Source: Limnohabitans sp. 63ED37-2 (lineage in GTDB: Bacteria; Pseudomonadota; Gammaproteobacteria; Burkholderiales; Burkholderiaceae_C). From it: 32,000 nucleotides of DNA. The translations under genes and the position numbers were made by a program. The stretch's first letter is position 1. The number at the start of each line of letters is the position of its first letter. Of the stretch, positions 25,762 to 32,000 are shown in pieces. The stretch is taken from positions 3,260,539 through 3,292,538 of the forward strand of contig NZ_CP011774.1 in the NCBI RefSeq assembly GCF_001412535.1, in the 5' to 3' direction. The notes below the pieces were generated by a model, which had not been told where the DNA came from, did not search any database, and was given only the letters and a program-made list of their open reading frames with translations.

Positions 25762-27443
25762 TTGGCGCTGCGCAGGTCGCGGCGCAAAATTTTGCCCACG
25801 TTGGACTTGGGCAACTCGTCGCGGAACTCGATGTATTTGGGACGCTTGTAGCCCGTGAGTTTGTCCTGGCAAAAGCGCGAGACAGCTTCTTCGGTCAGCA
25901 TCGGGTCGTTGCGCACCACAAACACCTTGATGGTTTCGCCCTGCATGGCGTCGGGAATGCCCACGGCCGCGCACTCGACCACACCAGGGCAGGTGGAGAT
26001 CAGGTTTTCCAGCTCGCTGGGGAAGACGTTGAAGCCACTCACGATGATCATGTCCTTCTTGCGGTCCACGATGCGGGTGAAGCCCCCTTCGTCCATGATC
26101 CCGATGTCGCCCGTGCGCATGAAGCCGTCTTCGGTGAAGGTCTTGGCGTTTTCAGCGGGCTGGTTGTAATAACCCGTCATGACGTTGGGGCCGCGGATGC
26201 AGATTTCTCCCGAGCTGCCCACCGGCAGGCTGTTCCCGTCGTCGTCTTTGATGGCGATGTCGATGCTCGGCAGAGGCAGACCGATGTTGCCGCTGAAGGT
26301 CTTTTGCGTCACGGGGTTGTTGGTACCGATCGCGCAGGTCTCGCTCATGCCCCAGCCTTCGATCATGGCGCTGCCCGTGGCTTTTTGCCAGTTGTGGGCT
26401 GTGCCTTCCGATGCGGCCATGCCACCCGCTTGGGTGAGCTTGAGCGAGGAAAAATCAATGGTCTTGAACATCGGGTGCTGCATCAGGGCGTTGAACAGCG
26501 TGTTCACGCCGGGCAGCACATGGAAGGGGCGCTGCTTGAGGACCTCGATGAATTTGGCAAAGTCACGGGGGTTCGGCACCAGGGTCAGGTAGGAGCCTTG
26601 GCGGATGGCCAGCAAACACAGCGTGAGCGCAAAGATGTGGTACAGCGGCAAAGCCGCGACGTTGTTCACTTTGCGCAGGTCAGGCACATCGGCCAAAGCA
26701 GGCGAGAACCAGCCTTCGGCTTGCAGCATGGCGGCCACCACGTTGCGGTGTGTCAGCACGGCGCCTTTGGACAAACCGGTGGTGCCACCCGTGTATTGCA
26801 AAAAGGCGATGTCGTCCATGGTTTGCGTGGTGGGGCGCAAGTTCAAGATGCGGCCTTGTGCAATGGCTTTTTTGAACGAGGTGACGGTGCGGCCGTTGCT
26901 CAAAGGCAATTCGAAGGGCGGCACCATTTTGGCCAGGTGACGCACGGCAAAGGTCAGCCAGCGGCCATTGATGGGGCCCAACAAATCGCCAATGGACGCC
27001 AACACCACATGCTGCACGGCGGTGCGCTCGACCACTTCTTGCAGGGTGGCGGCAAAGTTTTCCAGAATGACGATGGCGCTGGCGCCGGAATCCTTGAGTT
27101 GGTGCTCCAACTCGCGCGGGGTGTAGAGCGGGTTGACGTTCACGCAGGTGTAGCCGGCCCGCAAGATGGCAGCCATCGTGACCGCAAATTGGGGCAGGTT
27201 GGGCAGCATGATGGCCACCCGGCTGCCGGGCTCCAAGCCCTTGTTTTGCAGCCAGGCCCCCAGCGCGGTGGACAACTCGTCGAGCTGCTTGTAGCTCATC
27301 CAGCGGTTCATGCAGACCGAAAACGGGTTGTCGCTGTGCTCGCGAAAAGCCCTTTCCATCAAATCCGTCAAACTTTTGTATTGTTCTGTGTCGATGTCGT
27401 GGGGCACACCGGGGGGGTAATTCTTCAGCCAAATACGTTCCAT
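25758..27443 (-). CDS. fadD: Long-chain-fatty-acid--CoA ligase
   Basis: 561 aa. The N-terminus is MERIWLKNYPPGVPHDIDTEQYKSL. AMP-binding motifs are LQYTGGTTGLSKGA, GWGMSET and the C-terminal KSNVGKILRRDLR. This is the typical FadD architecture. Confidence 0.9.
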   Translation of the reverse strand: MERIWLKNYPPGVPHDIDTEQYKSLTDLMERAFREHSDNPFSVCMNRWMSYKQLDELSTALGAWLQNKGLEPGSRVAIMLPNLPQFAVTMAAILRAGYTCVNVNPLYTPRELEHQLKDSGASAIVILENFAATLQEVVERTAVQHVVLASIGDLLGPINGRWLTFAVRHLAKMVPPFELPLSNGRTVTSFKKAIAQGRILNLRPTTQTMDDIAFLQYTGGTTGLSKGAVLTHRNVVAAMLQAEGWFSPALADVPDLRKVNNVAALPLYHIFALTLCLLAIRQGSYLTLVPNPRDFAKFIEVLKQRPFHVLPGVNTLFNALMQHPMFKTIDFSSLKLTQAGGMAASEGTAHNWQKATGSAMIEGWGMSETCAIGTNNPVTQKTFSGNIGLPLPSIDIAIKDDDGNSLPVGSSGEICIRGPNVMTGYYNQPAENAKTFTEDGFMRTGDIGIMDEGGFTRIVDRKKDMIIVSGFNVFPSELENLISTCPGVVECAAVGIPDAMQGETIKVFVVRNDPMLTEEAVSRFCQDKLTGYKRPKYIEFRDELPKSNVGKILRRDLRSAK

Positions 27444-27578
27444 GCGCTTGTCTCCTGTAGCGCTTCATTGTCACCAGCTCTTGTTGGGGTCGACACAGGG
27501 CAAGTCCTGAGATGAGGGCTTGCAGGTCTCAAAGGCGACAAAACCCGTGTCACCCCCGGGCAGGCAAATCGGTGCAAA

Positions 27579-28355
27579 ATGGGGTTAACCCTAGGTGTCA
27601 TCATGAATACCCCTTCAGAACCGCGTACCAAGCGACTCACTCTTGTGCTTCGTCAGCTGTGGCAAAGCGTGTTCGGCGTGGCCGACGTGGGGCTGTCTTC
27701 CTCGGGCGGGGTGGCCCGCAAGAGCGCCAATTGGGTGCCGATCCGATCGCTGTCGCCACGCCACAAGCCGCGCATTGCGCGGCATTTGCGCGCCCTGCCC
27801 GCACAAGACCGTTACCTGCGTTTTGGTTACGCCGCCACCGATGAGCAAATTGACCGCTATGTGGCGGGTCTGAACTTCACGCGGGACGAGATCTTTGGGG
27901 TTTTCAACCGCCGCTTGGAGTTGGTGGCCATGGCGCACTTGGCGTATTCGGTCGACCCGCAATGGGCCACGTGTGCCGAGTTTGGCGTGTCGGTGTCGCC
28001 CCATCAGCGTGGCAAAGGCCTGGGCGCCCAATTGTTTGGCCATGCGGTGATGCATGCCCGCAACCAAGGGGTGAGCCTGTTGTTCATCCACGCCTTGAGC
28101 GAGAACGTGGCCATGCTCAAGATCGCGCGCCACGCTGGGGCCGCGGTGCAGCGCGACGGCAGCGAAAGCGAGGCCTATCTGTCTTTGCCGCAAGCCACTT
28201 TGGACAGCCAGCTCAGCGGGCTGGTGCAGGAACAAATGGCCGAGCTCGACTACCAGCTCAAAATGCAGGCGAACCAGTTTCGCCAGTGGCTGGCCACGGT
28301 GCAAGAGATCCGCCAAGGCGTGCGCGATGCCCGTCACACTTCGCGCGGCCCCTGA
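27579..28355 (+). CDS. GNAT-family acetyltransferase-like protein
   Basis: The motif QRGKGLGAQLF (acetyl-CoA binding loop Q/RxxGxG/A) is present. The start is ambiguous between ATG 27579 and ATG 27603. Confidence 0.65.
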   Translation: MGLTLGVIMNTPSEPRTKRLTLVLRQLWQSVFGVADVGLSSSGGVARKSANWVPIRSLSPRHKPRIARHLRALPAQDRYLRFGYAATDEQIDRYVAGLNFTRDEIFGVFNRRLELVAMAHLAYSVDPQWATCAEFGVSVSPHQRGKGLGAQLFGHAVMHARNQGVSLLFIHALSENVAMLKIARHAGAAVQRDGSESEAYLSLPQATLDSQLSGLVQEQMAELDYQLKMQANQFRQWLATVQEIRQGVRDARHTSRGP

Positions 28356-28427
28356 AAAGACGGTTTGTCATCCAAATCCGCTATCCTAGTAGTTTATTCA
28401 CTACAGCATGTCCTGCCAGCCTAGACC

Positions 28428-29369
28428 GTGTCTGACCCCTACCCTGCGCGCCACGCCGAGCGCGAAGACAAGCGAAGTTTTCTGCAAAAACTCGCGGAGT
28501 TCATCCACCCTGGACCCGATTCGGCCGATGAACTGATCGAGACCTTGGCCGAGGCCGAGGACAACCAGATCATCAACACCGAGAGCCGTTTGATGCTCGA
28601 AGGGGTGATCCGCATGGCCGATATGACCGCCAGCGATGTGATGCTGGCCGCGCCGCGCATGGACCTGCTGAACATCGAAGACCCCATGGACGAGTTGCTG
28701 CACCAAGTGATTGACACCGGGCATTCGCGCTTTCCGGTCTTCGAGGGTGAGCGCGACAACATCATCGGCATATTGTTGGCCAAAGACCTGCTCAAACTGC
28801 AGCGTGCGCCCGAGTTGAACATCCGCGCCTTGTTGCGTCCGGCGGTGTTTGTGCCTGAAAGCAAGGGCCTGAACGATTTGCTGCGCCAGTTCCGCGACAA
28901 CCGCAACCACCTGGCCATCGTGATCGACGAGTATGGCCGCACGGCTGGGCTGATCACCATCGAGGATGTGCTCGAGCAGATCGTGGGTGAGATCGAGGAC
29001 GAATTCGACATCGCGGAGGATGCCGGTGATATTTTCGGGCTGCCCGACCGCAGTTTCAGGGTCAGCGGCGACACCGCCATCGAGCGCGTGGACGAGGCCT
29101 TTGGGGTGGATTTGAGGCAAGCACGTCAAGCCGATGACGACCATGATTTCGACACATTGGGCGGCTTGATCGCCCACGAAATGGGCCATGTACCGCACCG
29201 GGGGGAAAACTTCGAGCTGGCGGGCCTGCGCTTTGTGGTCTTGCACACCCGCGCGGGTGCCGTGCGCTGGTTCAAGGTGTCCCCCTTGCCTGCCCTTCGC
29301 AGCGAACCGTTGGGCAGCGAGCAGCCCAGCAACACAGCCAACTCACCTGCACCCGGAACCGCTCCATGA
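28428..29369 (+). CDS. corC: CorC/HlyC-family CBS-domain magnesium/cobalt efflux protein
   Basis: The GTG start gives MSDPYPA.... Pattern: LMLEGVIRMADMTASDVM, CBS pair, IVIDEYGRTAGLITIEDVLEQIVGEIEDEFD and a C-terminal transporter-associated domain. Gene order with lnt is conserved in proteobacteria. Confidence 0.85.
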   Translation: MSDPYPARHAEREDKRSFLQKLAEFIHPGPDSADELIETLAEAEDNQIINTESRLMLEGVIRMADMTASDVMLAAPRMDLLNIEDPMDELLHQVIDTGHSRFPVFEGERDNIIGILLAKDLLKLQRAPELNIRALLRPAVFVPESKGLNDLLRQFRDNRNHLAIVIDEYGRTAGLITIEDVLEQIVGEIEDEFDIAEDAGDIFGLPDRSFRVSGDTAIERVDEAFGVDLRQARQADDDHDFDTLGGLIAHEMGHVPHRGENFELAGLRFVVLHTRAGAVRWFKVSPLPALRSEPLGSEQPSNTANSPAPGTAP

Positions 29370-30937
29370 GGGGTATGCCGCCACGCGAGCGGGGATGGCA
29401 GGCCGTCTGGCCCGCGTTGGCGGGGGCTGCGCAGGCCGCGTCCATCGCCTGGCCGGGCAGTGGCCAGGCCCAGGGCTGGTTGCAGGTGTTGAGTTTGACG
29501 CTGCTGGCCGCTGGGCTGGCGCGCATGGCCCGTTCAGGCTTGACGCAGGACCGTGGGGGCCCACTTCTCAAGCGGGCGGCTTGGTTCGGTGGTGTGTTTG
29601 CCACGGCTTGGTTGGCCGGGTGTTTTTGGTGGCTGTATGTGTCGATGCACCATGTCGGCGGCTTGCCCGCGCCCTTGGCGGTGCTGGCCGTGCTGGCCTT
29701 GGCAGCGGCGCTGGCGCTGTACTATGCCGCCGCCTCGGCCGTTTGGGTGAGCCTGGCGCGGGGCTTGGTGAGCAGGCGGCCGGGTTTGGCTAGCGTATTG
29801 TTCGCCGCGCTATGGACCTTGGCCGAACTCATGCGAGGGCGCTGGCTGACGGGTTTTCCTTGGGGGGCCGGGGGCTATGCGCATGTGGACAGCGCTTTGG
29901 TTGCCTTAGCGCCATGGGTCGGTGTGTACGGCATGGGGGCTGTCGCCGCTTGGCTGGCCATGCGCTTGGCGTTGGTGGGGTGGCACTTGCGGGCGCTCAA
30001 GTCCTTACTGGGCGTGGGCATCGTGACTTGGGCTTTGCAGGCATTCGGGCCTGTGTTCACCACCTCTGCTGGCTTGGGGCAAGTGCAGTTGCTGCAGGCC
30101 AATATTTCGCAAACCGACAAGTTCCAGGCCGCCAGTGGCGTGCGAGATGCGCTGCAGTGGTACGACGAACAATTGCGCGCCAGCCAGCAGCCTTTGGTGG
30201 TGGCCCCTGAAACCGCCATCCCCCTGCTGCCGCGCCATTTGCCACAGGGTTACTGGTCCGGCTTGCAGGCGCATTTCTCAGAGCCGGGCCGACCGATGGC
30301 CTTGGTGGGCCTGCCTTTGGGCAGCCTGGACCAGGGCTACAGCAACTCGGTCGTGGCGCTCGGGCCTCAGGGCATAGCGCCCTACCGCTACGACAAATCG
30401 CACCTGGTGCCCTTTGGCGAGTTCATCCCGCCGGGTTTTGCCTGGTTCATCCGCATGATGAAAATCCCTTTGGGCGATTTCAAATCGGGCGCGTGGGACC
30501 AACCTTCTTTGGCCTGGCAAGGCCAACGCTTGGCCCCCAACGTTTGTTACGAAGACCTGTTCGGCGAAGAACTGGCCCTGCGTTTCAAGGACCCGTCCAC
30601 CGCGCCCACGGCCTTGGTGAATGTGAGCAACATCGCCTGGTTTGGCGACACGCTGGCGGTGGACCAGCACTTGAACATCTCCCGCCTGAGGGCCATTGAG
30701 TTGGGCCGACCCATGCTGCGCGCCACCAACACCGGGGCCACGGCCATCATTGACCACCAGGGGCGCGTGACACACCAGTTGCCACGTTTTACCCGGGGCA
30801 GTCTGACCGGTTCTTTTGAGGGGCGCCATGGCCTCACACCCTTTGCCCGCTGGGCCAGTGCATGGGGTTTGGCCCCTCTGTGGGCGCTGTGCTGTGTGGT
30901 GGTGGCTTGGGCTTTTTGGCAGCGGCAAAGGCCGTAA
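29366..30937 (+). CDS. lnt: Apolipoprotein N-acyltransferase
   Basis: ATGA overlap with corC. It has a multi-TM N-terminal half and a CN-hydrolase C-terminal half with NVCYEDLFGEE. Confidence 0.85.
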   Translation: MRGMPPRERGWQAVWPALAGAAQAASIAWPGSGQAQGWLQVLSLTLLAAGLARMARSGLTQDRGGPLLKRAAWFGGVFATAWLAGCFWWLYVSMHHVGGLPAPLAVLAVLALAAALALYYAAASAVWVSLARGLVSRRPGLASVLFAALWTLAELMRGRWLTGFPWGAGGYAHVDSALVALAPWVGVYGMGAVAAWLAMRLALVGWHLRALKSLLGVGIVTWALQAFGPVFTTSAGLGQVQLLQANISQTDKFQAASGVRDALQWYDEQLRASQQPLVVAPETAIPLLPRHLPQGYWSGLQAHFSEPGRPMALVGLPLGSLDQGYSNSVVALGPQGIAPYRYDKSHLVPFGEFIPPGFAWFIRMMKIPLGDFKSGAWDQPSLAWQGQRLAPNVCYEDLFGEELALRFKDPSTAPTALVNVSNIAWFGDTLAVDQHLNISRLRAIELGRPMLRATNTGATAIIDHQGRVTHQLPRFTRGSLTGSFEGRHGLTPFARWASAWGLAPLWALCCVVVAWAFWQRQRP

Positions 30938-31007
30938 AATGAAGGGTTCGCGCAAAGCTTGCGCCCATCCCTAACTCCAGCCAGCTCGCTGCTGGCCTGC
31001 TCAGGCC

Positions 31008-31913
31008 ATGTTGACCTTCCAGCAAATCATTCTCAAACTGCAGCAATACTGGGATGCCCAGGGCTGCGCCTTGCTCCAGCCCTACGACATGGAAGTCGGC
31101 GCGGGCACCAGCCACACCGCCACGTTTTTGCGTGCCATCGGCCCCGAGCCATGGAAAGCCGCTTATGTGCAGCCCAGCCGCCGCCCTAAAGACGGGCGCT
31201 ACGGCGAGAACCCCAACCGCCTGCAGCACTACTACCAATACCAGGTGGTCTTGAAGCCCGCCCCCAGCAACATCCTAGAGCTGTATTTGGGCTCGCTCGA
31301 AGCACTGGGTTTTGATCTGAAAAAGAACGACATCCGCTTTGTCGAAGACGACTGGGAGAACCCAACACTCGGCGCATGGGGCTTGGGCTGGGAAGTCTGG
31401 CTCAACGGCATGGAAGTCACGCAGTTCACCTACTTCCAGCAAGTGGGCGGCATCGACTGCAAGCCGATCACGGGTGAGATCACCTACGGCCTGGAGCGCT
31501 TGGCCATGTACCTGCAAGGCGTGGACAACGTCTACAACCTGCAATGGACCGATGGCTTGACCTACGGTGACGTGTACAAACAAAACGAAGTCGAGCAATC
31601 AACCTACAACTTCGAGCACAGCGATGCCGAGTTCTTGTTCACCGCTTTTGGCGCACACGAAAAGCAGGCCCAGCACCTGATGGGCGCGCAGCTGGCGCTG
31701 CCTGCTTACGAGCAAGTGCTCAAGGCCGCACACACCTTCAACCTGCTGGACGCGCGTGGTGCGATCAGCGTGACCGAGCGCGCTGCCTACATTGGCCGCA
31801 TCCGCAATCTGGCCCGCAGCGTGGCGCAGAGTTATTACGAGAGCCGCGAACGTCTGGACTTCCCGATGGCCCCGCGTGAATGGGTTGCCCAAATGCCCAA
31901 GAAAGCCGCGTGA
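31008..31913 (+). CDS. glyQ: Glycine--tRNA ligase alpha subunit
   Basis: [49 protein letters not shown]... is the highly conserved GlyQ N-terminus. The 301-aa length fits. Confidence 0.95.
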   Translation: MLTFQQIILKLQQYWDAQGCALLQPYDMEVGAGTSHTATFLRAIGPEPWKAAYVQPSRRPKDGRYGENPNRLQHYYQYQVVLKPAPSNILELYLGSLEALGFDLKKNDIRFVEDDWENPTLGAWGLGWEVWLNGMEVTQFTYFQQVGGIDCKPITGEITYGLERLAMYLQGVDNVYNLQWTDGLTYGDVYKQNEVEQSTYNFEHSDAEFLFTAFGAHEKQAQHLMGAQLALPAYEQVLKAAHTFNLLDARGAISVTERAAYIGRIRNLARSVAQSYYESRERLDFPMAPREWVAQMPKKAA

Positions 31914-31925
31914 GGGAGAAACGAC

Positions 31926-32000
31926 ATGACAACACAAAACCTTCTTGTTGAACTGTTTGTGGAAGAGCTGCCGCCCAAGGCGCTCAACAAACTCGGTGCG
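31926..32000 (+). CDS. glyS: Glycine--tRNA ligase beta subunit, first 25 codons (continues beyond the window)
   Basis: A GGGAGA RBS precedes the ATG at 31926. MTTQNLLVELFVEELPPKALNKLGA matches the conserved GlyS N-terminus and its position after glyQ. Confidence 0.8.
   Translation, partial: MTTQNLLVELFVEELPPKALNKLGA

Noticed and set aside
25737-29246. Long ORFs antisense to fadD (25737-27515 plus), the GNAT gene (27615-28337 minus) and corC (28401-29246 minus).
   Set aside because: The reason is the same. The opposite strand carries well-recognised proteins, and these translations are low-complexity GC-driven sequences.

Overview
GC-rich betaproteobacterial chromosome segment. The gene order rsmB, DUF4390, NtrY-like kinase and corC, lnt, glyQS looks Burkholderiales/Comamonadaceae-like, which is an inference. 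About 20 kb of visibly AT-richer accessory DNA sits in the middle. Core left (1-4311): rsmB (partial), a DUF4390-like gene, an NtrY-like sensor kinase and a REC plus Fis-HTH response regulator. Core right (24466-32000): tRNA-Asn, tRNA-Asp, tRNA-Gly, an MBL-fold hydrolase, fadD, a GNAT acetyltransferase, corC, lnt, glyQ and the start of glyS. The accessory DNA sits inside the anticodon loop of a tRNA-Phe gene. A 5' half lies at 4312-4349, an intact tRNA-Phe at 17564-17639 and a 3' half at 24420-24465. The three share only the 7-nt loop TTGAAAA. Two related islands flank the intact tRNA as mirror images. Each has a large tyrosine integrase, a FimB/FimE-sized tyrosine recombinase and a conserved 148-aa protein module. 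The left island appears to have displaced the 5' half of the tRNA and brought its own promoter. The right island displaced the 3' half in the classical way. Cargo worth follow-up: (1) an HExxH domain fused to a HicA toxin domain, with no HicB partner; (2) a translationally coupled MerR-like / unknown / membrane metallophosphoesterase operon behind a palindromic operator; (3) a strongly acidic protein next to a stand-alone macro domain; (4) an H-NS-N-terminal-like protein with a Lys/Ala tail; (5) a long gene-poor stretch with short inverted and direct repeats next to the FimB/E-like recombinase. Two nearly identical IS30-family copies in inverted orientation sit in the left island, and one has truncated two genes. 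All calls come from reading the sequence and ORF translations by eye. No searches were run.
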